In this document: one piece after another, positions 46,081 to 55,211 of the stretch
Layout of the letters: every line of letters starts with the position of its first letter
Position numbering within the stretch: position 1 is the first letter of the stretch
DNA from: Christensenellales bacterium
GTDB taxonomy: Bacteria > Bacillota > Clostridia > Christensenellales > Aristaeellaceae
NCBI GenBank assembly: GCA_045111455.1
Contig: JBGUGL010000053.1
Span: 34,592-98,591, forward strand
DNA length: 64,000 nt
Direction: 5' to 3'
The notes under the pieces: generated by a model
Told to the model about the DNA's origin: nothing
The model's database searches: none
The model's input: only the letters and a program-made list of their open reading frames with translations
Program-made: the position numbers and the translations under genes

Positions 46081-47045
46081 GAATTCAGTTTGAAACCGAG
46101 CGGCTGATCATCCGCCCCCTGACGCCGGAGGACGCGGAAGCCGCGTTCCGCTGGTGCGGGGATCCGGCGGTGAACACCTATATGATCTATCCCCTTTATC
46201 ACCGGGCGGAGGATGTGCGGACCTGGCTGGAAAGCCGGGATCCGGACGATCCGGACAACTATGACGAGGGAATTGTGCTGAAGAGCACCGGGGAGCTCAT
46301 CGGCAGCGGCGGAATGCACTTTGTGCCGGAACGGAACGCCTGGGAAATCGGCTACAACCTCCGGGCGGACCAGTGGGGGAACGGGTATACCGTGGAATAC
46401 ATCACTGCCCTGCTGGAAGAGATCCGGAAGGTACGGCCGGTGGAGGCCATTGACGGCATTTTCGCCGCGGAAAACAGCAAGAGCCGCCGGGTGATGGAAA
46501 AGCTGGGCATGACCTGGGTGCGGGATACCAGCTTTGACAGGCTGGACGGCAGCCAGACTTTTCCGGCGAAATACTACCGGCGGAACATGCCGCAGCCGGC
46601 AGACGTGTGCGGGGTCTGCGAACGGATTGAAAAGACCCGGCAGGGACTGAACCCGTATTTTGTGAAGGAGCTGAAGACGGGGTATGTGGTGCTGGGAGAC
46701 CATCAGCGCTTTGAGGGCTATACCCTGCTGCTGTGCAGGGAGCATGCCACGGAGCTGAACCAGCTGGCCCCGGATTTCCGGGATGCGTTCCTGAAGGATA
46801 TGGCGGTGACGGCGGAAGCTGTGCAGAATGCGTTCCGCCCGGACAAGATGAACTATGAACTGCTGGGGGCGGGAAAGGGAAGGCATATGCACTGGCATCT
46901 CTTCCCCCGGCGGCAGGGCGATACGCCCCGGCCGGGACCGGTCTGGCAGGCGGAGGACCTGCATGACGACCGGTGGCTGCCGTTGCCGGAGAAACTGGAG
47001 GAACTGAAGGCAGCCCTGAAGAAGGAACTGGATCTTCTGTACTGA
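46077..47045 (+). CDS. RimJ/RimL-like GNAT fused to HIT-family hydrolase
   Basis: ETERLIIRP..EIGY..WGNGY..NSKSRRVMEKLG; C-terminal CGVC..KMNYELLG..HMHWHLFPR (HxHxH). Confidence 0.85.
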   Translation: MRIQFETERLIIRPLTPEDAEAAFRWCGDPAVNTYMIYPLYHRAEDVRTWLESRDPDDPDNYDEGIVLKSTGELIGSGGMHFVPERNAWEIGYNLRADQWGNGYTVEYITALLEEIRKVRPVEAIDGIFAAENSKSRRVMEKLGMTWVRDTSFDRLDGSQTFPAKYYRRNMPQPADVCGVCERIEKTRQGLNPYFVKELKTGYVVLGDHQRFEGYTLLLCREHATELNQLAPDFRDAFLKDMAVTAEAVQNAFRPDKMNYELLGAGKGRHMHWHLFPRRQGDTPRPGPVWQAEDLHDDRWLPLPEKLEELKAALKKELDLLY

Positions 47046-47058
47046 TCCCCGGCGGGGC

Positions 47059-47090
47059 AGGGATGGAGCGGCAGCGCTCCATCCTTTTTT
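47059..47090 (+). terminator. Intrinsic terminator
   Basis: GGATGGAGCG-GCAG-CGCTCCATCC-TTTTTT. Confidence 0.85.
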
Positions 47091-47099
47091 ATTGCAAAA

Positions 47100-47116
47100 C
47101 TATACTGACAGTATAG
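47100..47116. promoter_or_regulatory. Palindromic operator candidate upstream of XRE regulator
   Basis: CTATACTG-A-CAGTATAG perfect 8-bp inverted repeat. Confidence 0.5.
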
Positions 47117-47204
47117 AAAAAAATATACAAATCATACGGACGGTCTCTTCCGTCCCGGCGACGGGGCCTGTATAATGCAGGGGAACAGAGAGGAGGTCGA
47201 AGCG

Positions 47205-48299
47205 ATGGAAACAAAACTGGCGGAGAATATCCGGGCTTACCGCAAGCAGCGGAACCTGACCCAGGAGCAGCTGGCGGAGGTTCTGGGAGTAACGGTGGGA
47301 GCGGTGCATAAATGGGAAAACCGGCTGTCCACCCCTGAACTGGCCATGATCATGGAGATGGCGGATTTGTTTGATGCTTCGGTGGATGTGCTGCTGGGGT
47401 ACCGGATGAAGGACAACGGCCTGGACGCGCTGCTGAACCGCCTGCTCCGGTATACCCAGAAACTGGATCCGGCAGCCCTGCCGGAGGCGGAGAAAGCCCT
47501 GGCCCGTTATCCCCATTCCTTCCGGATCGTGTATACCTGCGCCAGGATATACCTGGGATACGGCGGCAGTTCCCATGATCCCGGCATGCTCCGCCGGGCG
47601 CTGGAACTGCTGGAAAAAGCCCGGATCCTGCTTCCGCAGAATGATGATCCCCGGGTCAGCGACGCGGTGATCTGCGGTGATATGTCCGTGGCCTATGCCA
47701 ATCTGGGAGAGCAGGATAAAAGCCTGGAACTCATGAAGAAGCACAACGCGGGCAATCATTTCAGCAGTCAGATCGGATCCGCGCTGGCAGTGTTCATGAA
47801 CCGCCCGGAGGATGCGGTGCCATACCTGTCTGAAGCCATGGTGGAGGCCCTGTCCGATATGCTGAATATCGCGCTGGGCTATGTGTTTGTTTACCGGTCC
47901 CGGGAGGACTGGGTATCTGCGCTGGACATGGCATCCTTCATCAGTGAAATGATCCGCGGCCTGAAGAAGGGTGATTCCCCGGGATTTATGGACAAGACCC
48001 TGGCGGAGGTCCTCTGCGTCCTGGCCTATACCCAGGGGAAAGCCGGACAGGCGGCGGCTGCCCGGGCCAGCCTGGAGGAGGCTGCGCGTTATGTGTTCCG
48101 TTTTGATTCAACACCGGATTATACCCTGAAGGATATGCGCTTCCTGGAGGGCACAGAGTGTACCAACGCCTTTGATACCCTGGGGGCTGCAGCGTCCGAC
48201 AGCATCATGTATCTGCTCGGCCGGCTGGATGATCCGGCATTTACAGCACAGTGGAAGGAGATTTCAGCCCGTGAACAGGACAGCGGCAGAAAAGAGTAA
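47205..48299 (+). CDS. XRE-family HTH regulator with helical (TPR-like) C-terminal domain
   Basis: LAENIRAYRKQRNLTQEQLAEVLGVTVGAVHKWE..VDVLLG; SD AGGAGG. Confidence 0.85.
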   Translation: METKLAENIRAYRKQRNLTQEQLAEVLGVTVGAVHKWENRLSTPELAMIMEMADLFDASVDVLLGYRMKDNGLDALLNRLLRYTQKLDPAALPEAEKALARYPHSFRIVYTCARIYLGYGGSSHDPGMLRRALELLEKARILLPQNDDPRVSDAVICGDMSVAYANLGEQDKSLELMKKHNAGNHFSSQIGSALAVFMNRPEDAVPYLSEAMVEALSDMLNIALGYVFVYRSREDWVSALDMASFISEMIRGLKKGDSPGFMDKTLAEVLCVLAYTQGKAGQAAAARASLEEAARYVFRFDSTPDYTLKDMRFLEGTECTNAFDTLGAAASDSIMYLLGRLDDPAFTAQWKEISAREQDSGRKE

Positions 48300-49575
48300 T
48301 GTGTTTTTCAACCGGAACTACCGGCTGGTTTTCCTGGGCGCCCTGGTATCGGAACTGGGCGCACTGCTGTACAGCTTCTCCGTGGGCTTCTATATCCTGC
48401 AGATCAGCCATAACAACGCTTTCCTGCAGGGACTGTACCTGTCTCTGTGCGGCGCTGCCCTGCTGGTTTTCACGCCGGTGGGCGGTGTGCTGGGAGACCG
48501 TTTCAACAAAGCAAAGATCATGTATGTCTGCGATTACCTGAAGGGCGGCATGATCCTGCTGGCCACGGTCCTGATGCTGCTTTTCCGGGAACCGGAGGCG
48601 CATATCGCGATCCTGTTCGCACTGGGAATCCTGGGCAACGTGATCAGCGGCATTTTCACGCCGGCAGCCGGCGCACTGATTCCCCACATTGTGGAACCGG
48701 AAAAGCTGCAGCAGGCCAACGCGTATTTTTCCGTCAAGAGCGCCCTGGAGGGAATCGTGGGCCTGGTGCTGGCCGGGATCCTGTATGCCGCCCTGCCGGT
48801 TTACACGCTGTTCTTCCTGGTGGGACTGTGCTTTGCGGCTTCCGGCGTGTCTGAGATGATGATCCGCTGTGAGCATACGCCGTCCCCGGAGAAGCTGACG
48901 CTGAAGCTGGCACTGCGGGATATGGGGGACGGACTGGCCTACCTGAAGACGAAGAAGGCGATCCTGGCCCTGCTGGGAGCAGTGATTTTCATCAACTTTT
49001 TCGCCGCGCCCGTTACAGGGAACTTCCTGCCGTATTTTGTCCGGACGGACCTGGCCGGGGCGCCTTCCTACCTGCTGGACCGGCTGCTGACGCCGGAACT
49101 CTGGTCCTCGGTGATCAGCGTGTGCATCGGCATCGGCTCCCTGGCGGGGGCGGCGGTGCTCAGCGCCCGGAAACCGCCGGAAAAGTGCGGCCGCAGCATT
49201 GCGGTCCGCCTCTGTTACAACGCGGCGGTGATGATCGGCCTGTTCCTGGGATACTGGCTGCTGGTGGACCGGGGCGGTTCCCTGAACCTGTTCCTGGTTC
49301 TGTTCTGCGGAGGCTGCGTGATTGTGGGACTGCTGCTGGCGTTTATCAACATTCCCGTCAACACAGCCCTGATGCGGATTGTGGACCGGGACAAGCTGAG
49401 CAAGGTTAACAGCCTCATCAGCATCGGCGCCCAGGGAATGACTCCCATTGCTTCCGTACTGGCCGGCGCGGTGCTGCAGTCTTTCGGCTCCACAGCCCTG
49501 CTGCTTGCCTGCACCCTGGGGTTTACCGTGACCGCCGCGATGCTGATGGCAAACAGGCAGGTCAGGGACCTTTGA
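48271..49575 (+). CDS. MFS transporter
   Basis: GGVLGDRFNKAKIM motif A, about 12 TM; GTG start estimated. Confidence 0.88.
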   Translation: MNRTAAEKSNVFFNRNYRLVFLGALVSELGALLYSFSVGFYILQISHNNAFLQGLYLSLCGAALLVFTPVGGVLGDRFNKAKIMYVCDYLKGGMILLATVLMLLFREPEAHIAILFALGILGNVISGIFTPAAGALIPHIVEPEKLQQANAYFSVKSALEGIVGLVLAGILYAALPVYTLFFLVGLCFAASGVSEMMIRCEHTPSPEKLTLKLALRDMGDGLAYLKTKKAILALLGAVIFINFFAAPVTGNFLPYFVRTDLAGAPSYLLDRLLTPELWSSVISVCIGIGSLAGAAVLSARKPPEKCGRSIAVRLCYNAAVMIGLFLGYWLLVDRGGSLNLFLVLFCGGCVIVGLLLAFINIPVNTALMRIVDRDKLSKVNSLISIGAQGMTPIASVLAGAVLQSFGSTALLLACTLGFTVTAAMLMANRQVRDL

Positions 49576-49746
49576 ATGAGAAAGCTGATCAAAGAAAAGA
49601 ATACTGCCTGCAGGCAGAAGACAAACCGGAGGGGTATCCTTCCGGTTTTTTGCGGTGTCAGCGGGGGATTTCATGCTTTTGCATCCGGGAGAAACATGGT
49701 AAGATAACCGGGAGAATGATCCGGAAAAGAGCAAAAAGGAGAAACC

Positions 49747-50457
49747 ATGGATTATCAGGTATTTGTTCAGGCAATCAGGGACCGGCTGTTTCAGCTGCAG
49801 GATGCCGGCTACCGGGAAATGCAGATCCGGATTATTCCGACGGTCAGCCCCGACAGGATCATCGGTGTACGGACGCCTGCCCTGCGGGAAATGGCAAAAC
49901 AGCTGGCCCGGGAAGAAGAAATCCGCGGTTTCCTGGGGGATCTGCCCCACCGGTATTTTGAGGAGGACCAGCTGCACGCGTTCATCATTTCCGGTATGAA
50001 GGACTATGATGAATGCCTCCGGGAACTGGACCGTTTTCTGCCGTATGTGGATAACTGGGCCACCTGCGACCAGATGTCACCCAGGGTATTCAGAAAACAC
50101 CGGAAAGAGCTGTTGGATATTATCCGGGCATGGATCGGATCGGGGAAAACGTATATCATCCGTTTCGGCATCGGAATGCTGATGGAGCATTACCTGGATG
50201 AAGAATTTGACCCGGCTTATCCGGAAATGGCGGCCGCGGTCCGGTCAGAGGAATACTATGTCAACATGATGACGGCCTGGTATTTTGCCACGGCGCTGGC
50301 AAAGCAGTATAAAACCGTGCTGCCTTTTCTGGAAAACCGCGAGCTGGATGAATGGACGCATAACAAGGCCATCCAGAAGGCCATTGAGAGCTACCGGATT
50401 ACGCCGGAACAGAAAGAATATCTGAGAACTCTGAAAATAAAGAGGAAACCAACATGA
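49747..50457 (+). CDS. DNA alkylation repair protein (AlkD family)
   Basis: IGVRTPALR, VDNWATCD, EYYVNMMTAWYFATAL, KAIESYRI. Confidence 0.88.
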   Translation: MDYQVFVQAIRDRLFQLQDAGYREMQIRIIPTVSPDRIIGVRTPALREMAKQLAREEEIRGFLGDLPHRYFEEDQLHAFIISGMKDYDECLRELDRFLPYVDNWATCDQMSPRVFRKHRKELLDIIRAWIGSGKTYIIRFGIGMLMEHYLDEEFDPAYPEMAAAVRSEEYYVNMMTAWYFATALAKQYKTVLPFLENRELDEWTHNKAIQKAIESYRITPEQKEYLRTLKIKRKPT

Positions 50458-51707
50458 TCAGGATGGAACAGATCAACGGAAAAAATGTATGGGAAATCCT
50501 GAAACTGCAGGTAGGTGAAAGCCAGAAGAACTTTGTGGCACCGAATGATGTGAGTATCATCGAGGCTTATATTGCCGTGAGCCATCACGGGTATGCCTTT
50601 CCCTTCGGTATCTATGAGGATGAAACACCGGTGGGTTTCTGTATGATCGGGTACGGGGCGGATGACGACTGGGAGGATGCTCCGGCCATCGCAAAGGAGA
50701 ACTACAACCTCTGGCGTTTCATGATCGATGAGCGGTATCAGGGCAGGGGATTCGGCCGGGAGGCCATGATGCGGATTCTGGATTTCATTGCCGCGGAGCC
50801 CTGCGGACCGGCGGAAGCCTGCTGGCTGTCCTATGAGCCGGAAAACACAAGAGCAAAAGCCCTGTATGAATCCTTCGGCTTCCGAGAAACCGGGGATTTT
50901 GACGGGGATGAAGCGATCGCAGTGCTGAAACTGAAGAAGGAGACCGGAGAGATACCGGCTGATCTGTTTGTGAAATGCGCCCGGGAGATCCTGAAGGACA
51001 ATCTGCTGGGTGTCTACCTTCACGGCTCCGCGGCGATGGGCTGCTACCAGCCGAAAAAGAGTGACCTGGATTTCCTGGCGGTTGTCCGGGAAGACATGAC
51101 GGATGCGGACAAGCGGGCTTTCCTGGACAGCGTGGTGATGCTGGACGCAGCGGGTCCGGCCAAGGGCATTGAAATGAGCATCGTGACCCGGGATGTCTGC
51201 GATCCGTTTGTGTACCCGACCCCGTTTATCCTGCACTATTCCAGGATGCATACGGAATGGTACCGGCGGGATCCGGAGGACTATATCCGGAAGATGAACG
51301 GGACGGATAAGGACCTGGCGGCGCACTTCACGGTGATCCGGGAACGGGGCCGCTGCCTGTACGGGCTGCCTGTCCGTGAGGTGTTCGGCGAGGTGCCGGA
51401 AGAGAATTACCTGGACGCCATATGGGATGATATCGGAGAAGCGGAAGAAGAAATTACGGAAAACCCCATGTACCTGACCCTGAATCTGGCGAGGGTGCTG
51501 GGATACCTGAAGGAAAAGAAGGTCCTGTCCAAGAAGGAAGGCGGGGAATGGGGCCTGGAGGCCCTGCCGGAGGAGTACCATCCGCTGATCCGCTGTGCCC
51601 TGCATGAATATGAGGACGGGGCGGAGGTTCAGTATGACGGGGCTGCCGCGCGGCGTTACGCGGCATACATGCTGAAACAGATCAGGGATCTCCGGGGAAA
51701 CCGGTGA
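50454..51707 (+). CDS. GNAT fused to ANT(9)/ANT(3'')-like aminoglycoside nucleotidyltransferase (DUF4111)
   Basis: WRFMIDERYQGRGFG..SYEPENTRAKALYESFGF; then GVYLHGS..SDLDFL, IEMSIV, DKDLAAH, LNLARV..LSKKEGGEW. Confidence 0.8.
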   Translation: MIRMEQINGKNVWEILKLQVGESQKNFVAPNDVSIIEAYIAVSHHGYAFPFGIYEDETPVGFCMIGYGADDDWEDAPAIAKENYNLWRFMIDERYQGRGFGREAMMRILDFIAAEPCGPAEACWLSYEPENTRAKALYESFGFRETGDFDGDEAIAVLKLKKETGEIPADLFVKCAREILKDNLLGVYLHGSAAMGCYQPKKSDLDFLAVVREDMTDADKRAFLDSVVMLDAAGPAKGIEMSIVTRDVCDPFVYPTPFILHYSRMHTEWYRRDPEDYIRKMNGTDKDLAAHFTVIRERGRCLYGLPVREVFGEVPEENYLDAIWDDIGEAEEEITENPMYLTLNLARVLGYLKEKKVLSKKEGGEWGLEALPEEYHPLIRCALHEYEDGAEVQYDGAAARRYAAYMLKQIRDLRGNR

Positions 51708-51802
51708 GAGAACCGCAGACCCGGAACAGGCGGGCACGGAAAGTCGGGCACTGGGTTTCCGCAGACAGTATACTGATCCTGCAACGGAAAGAGGTGACAG
51801 GG

Positions 51803-52633
51803 ATGCAGGGCTGGATTGAAGGGATACAGCAGTCCATCGATTACATTGAGCAGAACCTGGCAGAGACGCTGGACATTGAGGAGATTGCCGGAATTGCGGC
51901 GTTATCCCCTTTCTATTACCAGCGGATCTTCGGCGCATTATGCGGCATGACCGTGGGCGAATACATCCGGGCGCGCAGGATGACGCTGGCGGCACAGGAA
52001 CTGACAGGCTCTGACGCAAAAGTGATCGACGTGGCCGTGAAGTACGGCTATGATTCGCCGGACAGCTTTACCAAGGCGTTCGTGCGGTTTCACGGGATTG
52101 CTCCCTCAAAGGCAAAGGAACCCGGCGCACCCCTGCGCGCTATGGCACCGCTGCATATCAGAATATCACTGGAGGGCGGAAGCATGATGGATTACCGTAT
52201 TGTTGAAAAAGCACCGTTTACGATTGTGGGTGTCAAAAGGCCGTTCAATTCGGACACCAGCTACCAGGAGATCCCGAAGTTCTGGGATGAATGGCTGGCG
52301 CTGGGGGAGAAGCGCCCTGTCATGGGTACCTTCGGCGTATGCATCGACATGGACGGAAAGGACTTTGACTACTGGATCGCGGACCTGTATTTTCCCTGGG
52401 AGGACGTTCCGGAAGGCTGTGAAACCCGGCTGATTCCCGGAAGCCTGTGGGCGCAGTTTCCCTGCACGATCAGCACGCTGCAGGATACCAACACAAAGAT
52501 CTGGTCGGAGTGGCTCCCGGCACTGCAGGGCTATACCCTGGCGGGAGACTATGATATTGAGGTCTATCTTCCTCCGGAAGAAGGATCCAAGGAGATGAAA
52601 GTCTATATCTGGGTTCCGCTGAAACAGGCATAA
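51803..52633 (+). CDS. AraC family regulator with GyrI-like effector domain
   Basis: IDYIEQNL..EYIRARRMTLA..YGYDSPDSFTKAF..HG; C-terminal IPKFW..IWSEWLP. Confidence 0.9.
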   Translation: MQGWIEGIQQSIDYIEQNLAETLDIEEIAGIAALSPFYYQRIFGALCGMTVGEYIRARRMTLAAQELTGSDAKVIDVAVKYGYDSPDSFTKAFVRFHGIAPSKAKEPGAPLRAMAPLHIRISLEGGSMMDYRIVEKAPFTIVGVKRPFNSDTSYQEIPKFWDEWLALGEKRPVMGTFGVCIDMDGKDFDYWIADLYFPWEDVPEGCETRLIPGSLWAQFPCTISTLQDTNTKIWSEWLPALQGYTLAGDYDIEVYLPPEEGSKEMKVYIWVPLKQA

Positions 52634-52643
52634 GGAGCCGAAA

Positions 52644-52680
52644 AATGCAGGATGCCGGAGCGAAAGCTCCGGCATTTTGC
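52644..52680. terminator. Terminator between convergent araC and sfsA
   Basis: GCAGGATGCCGGAGC-GAAA-GCTCCGGCATTTTGC. Confidence 0.75.
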
Positions 52681-52691
52681 GATGCTTGCCA

Positions 52692-53354
52692 TCATATTTC
52701 TCCGCTGACGATCTCTAGCCTGTCCGGTTCCACGTGGCAGGGGAGGCAGAGGATCCGGACGCCCGCTTCCGCTGCCCGGTCAAGGGCCTCGCCGAAGGCG
52801 GGATCCGTCGTCCGGTGGGGCAGGACTTCGGTGACGCCGTCCATCTGGATCACAAAGGCGATCACCGCCCTGTACCCTTCCTTCACGGCTTCCGTCAGCT
52901 CCCGCAGGTGCTTTGTGCCGCGCTCCGTGGGCGCGTCCGGAAAGTAGCCGGTACCCTCCAGTTCCAGGGTGCAGCCCTTGACTTCCATCAGGTATTCCTC
53001 TGCCCCGCGGCGCATATAGAAATCCAGCCGGGAGGCGCCGTACCGGTATTCCGGAACAACCCGGTCAAAGGCCTGGCGGGACAGCCATTCGCTCACGACT
53101 TTGTTGGGTGCCTGGCTGTCGATGTTGAACAGCACGCCGGTGGATTTGCGCACGGCGATCAGGTCATACTTCGTTTTCCGGGCCGGATTGTCCGACACCG
53201 CCAGGAAGACCTCGCTTCCCGGAAGAAGCAGTTCCCGGCACCGGCCGGTGTTTTTCACATGCACGGTTTCCGTCCGGCCGTCCAGGGACACATGGGCAAT
53301 AAAACGGTTGGGCCGGTCCAGGAAGACCGCGGGCAGGACATGGTCATAGGTCAT
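52692..53354 (-). CDS. sfsA: SfsA DNA/RNA nuclease (sugar fermentation stimulation protein)
   Basis: RPNRF, HVKNTGRCRELL, SRLDF, EVKG, FPDAPTERGTKHLREL. Confidence 0.93.
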   Translation of the reverse strand: MTYDHVLPAVFLDRPNRFIAHVSLDGRTETVHVKNTGRCRELLLPGSEVFLAVSDNPARKTKYDLIAVRKSTGVLFNIDSQAPNKVVSEWLSRQAFDRVVPEYRYGASRLDFYMRRGAEEYLMEVKGCTLELEGTGYFPDAPTERGTKHLRELTEAVKEGYRAVIAFVIQMDGVTEVLPHRTTDPAFGEALDRAAEAGVRILCLPCHVEPDRLEIVSGEI

Positions 53355-53358
53355 GAAA

Positions 53359-54390
53359 TCACCACTTGTTCCGGACTTTTTCGGCAAAGCCCATGAGGTT
53401 GCGGATTTCCAGCTTCCGTCCGTCATCCAGGACGGCGGTGCCGCTGAAGCGGCCGAACACCTGGTGCTGATCGGAGCAGATAAGCTTCAGGTCAGTTCTG
53501 GAGGCCCGGTCCATGACCGGCTCAAACCGCATTTCGAACCGGCCGTCATCGCTGGAGAAGGTCCAGGGAGACAGATAATCCTCCTTCCCGTCCTTCATGG
53601 GAATGCCGAAGGTGACCTGGCTCAGCTTATGGACTTTTCCGTTGTAAAACAGGACGTTTTCGCTGGCGGCGGAGGTGTCCCCGAAGCCGTATCCGATATT
53701 GAACCCGAAGGGAATCCCGTCCGCCAGGCCGGAGGCGGAACCCCAGTACCAGGTGTTGTCATAGGTCCAGACGCCCCGGCCCCAGTCCAGCACGGCGAAG
53801 GTGTTTTCCGGGGAGCAGGTATAGTCCTTCCCGTCATAGGAAATCACGCCGTCTACGCGCATGCAGTTGATTTTCTGGTTGTAGTAGAAGGCTTCCGGAT
53901 GATCCCTGTAGGGCGTGACAATGACCATGGATTCCTCCGGGGCATCCGTCAGCAGCAGATCGAAGGACAGGTTTCTGTCCCGGTGGAAGGGCTCCATACA
54001 CCCGTAAAGATGCCGCCGGCTTCCGTCATTGTCAAAGGCCATGCGGTAACCTTTGCCGGAAACCCGGATGTCTCCCTCCCGGCTGGTGGCGGGCAGGGAA
54101 CGCGGGGCAAGGAAGGGCAGAGACATCTTTGAAGTGGTGATCTGGGCATTCTTTTCGAAATCCAGCAGGGAAATGCTGTCCATGGTCATGTACCCGTTAT
54201 GGTCAATGGTCAGGGCAAAGGCGAAGCGGTCACAGCAGACAGCATAGTAGTCCCATTCCTTGATCCGAAGGCGGTTCGCGGCCACCCGGCGGCGGTCATA
54301 GGTCCGGATCAGTTCCGTGGCATAGCCGGTTTCCAGCAGACGGCCTTTTTCGTCATGGAGCGGGCCGGGCGCAATGATTCGGCGCTGCAT
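53359..54390 (-). CDS. DUF2804 family protein
   Basis: KEWDYY, FYYNQKINC, LDWGRGVW, GFNIGYGFG..EN, QHQVFGRFSG. Confidence 0.75.
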   Translation of the reverse strand: MQRRIIAPGPLHDEKGRLLETGYATELIRTYDRRRVAANRLRIKEWDYYAVCCDRFAFALTIDHNGYMTMDSISLLDFEKNAQITTSKMSLPFLAPRSLPATSREGDIRVSGKGYRMAFDNDGSRRHLYGCMEPFHRDRNLSFDLLLTDAPEESMVIVTPYRDHPEAFYYNQKINCMRVDGVISYDGKDYTCSPENTFAVLDWGRGVWTYDNTWYWGSASGLADGIPFGFNIGYGFGDTSAASENVLFYNGKVHKLSQVTFGIPMKDGKEDYLSPWTFSSDDGRFEMRFEPVMDRASRTDLKLICSDQHQVFGRFSGTAVLDDGRKLEIRNLMGFAEKVRNKW

Positions 54391-54470
54391 CAGGATCAGC
54401 CTCCTGTCATATTTTGATTGTGTTCTGCCGCCATTATACTTCTTTCGCTTCCGGAAAACAATGAAAACCC

Positions 54471-54499
54471 TTGACAACGATGTACGGACATTGTATATT
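54471..54499 (+). promoter_or_regulatory. sigmaA promoter of the rsgA leader
   Basis: TTGACA-17 bp-TATATT. Confidence 0.75.
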
Positions 54500-54533
54500 G
54501 TTTTCAATCTTAACAGAAAGGGGGGCTCTTCGA

Positions 54534-54623
54534 ATGCGCATCAGGCTGTCAATGACCGGAAGAACTGCATATACGATCCGTACCGGCTTTGTGTCCGATC
54601 ATCCGGAGAGTCACCGGAAGTAA
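54534..54623 (+). CDS. Candidate leader peptide MRIRLSMTGRTAYTIRTGFVSDHPESHRK
   Basis: SD GAAAGGGGGG; starts with R-I-R; terminator follows. Confidence 0.5.
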   Translation: MRIRLSMTGRTAYTIRTGFVSDHPESHRK

Positions 54624-54654
54624 CATTCCGCACCTCTTTATTATGCCTGATCTG

Positions 54655-54684
54655 CCGCTTGTCCGTCACGGATAAGCGGTTTTT
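54655..54684 (+). terminator. Leader terminator (attenuator) upstream of small ORFs and rsgA
   Basis: CCGCTTGTCCG-TCA-CGGATAAGCGG-TTTTT. Confidence 0.72.
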
Positions 54685-54979
54685 CATGTCCGGAAACAAG
54701 TCAATAAAGGAGGAGATCATCATGAGCGGCGTCACGGCGGGCGGCGGCTTCCGGGAGGAACTGCCCTGTACCGGTCTCTCCGGCATGGCTGTATGCCGGG
54801 AGGAAAAACAGGTCATCCGATAAACCCAGAATAAAACGAAAGGAGAAAAGAACCATGGTTTTTACAAGGAATACACATCTTCAGTCAGGAACGACTGACT
54901 GCACAGGAAAAACAACAGAAGCGGCGTGGGAGGAATCCTTCCGGAGGAAACCGCGCCGGACCGGAAAGAAGGAATATTT

Positions 54980-55204
54980 ATGGAACCGAATACACAGTAT
55001 TTTCAGATGCTGGCCGGCGATGCTGCCGCCAGGTATCTCCTGCAGATGACAATTGCGGAGGAGATCAAACGCGTACAAAGCAAACCATATATAAGATGTG
55101 CAGGCGAAACATTCTACCTGGGGGACGGAGACCGTCCCGCAGGGGGAAAAAACCGTACGGGTATATTCCGCCGGATGCTCCGGCGGATCAGGAACAGGAG
55201 GTAA
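54980..55204 (+). CDS. Hypothetical 74-aa protein with basic C-terminus
   Basis: SD AAGAAGGA; ends over the rsgA SD (AGGAGG). Confidence 0.45.
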   Translation: MEPNTQYFQMLAGDAAARYLLQMTIAEEIKRVQSKPYIRCAGETFYLGDGDRPAGGKNRTGIFRRMLRRIRNRR

Positions 55205-55211
55205 TCGGCCT

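Noticed and set aside
48241-52019. 578-aa and 542-aa minus-strand ORFs
   Set aside because: Shadows of MFS, alkD, GNAT-ANT and araC
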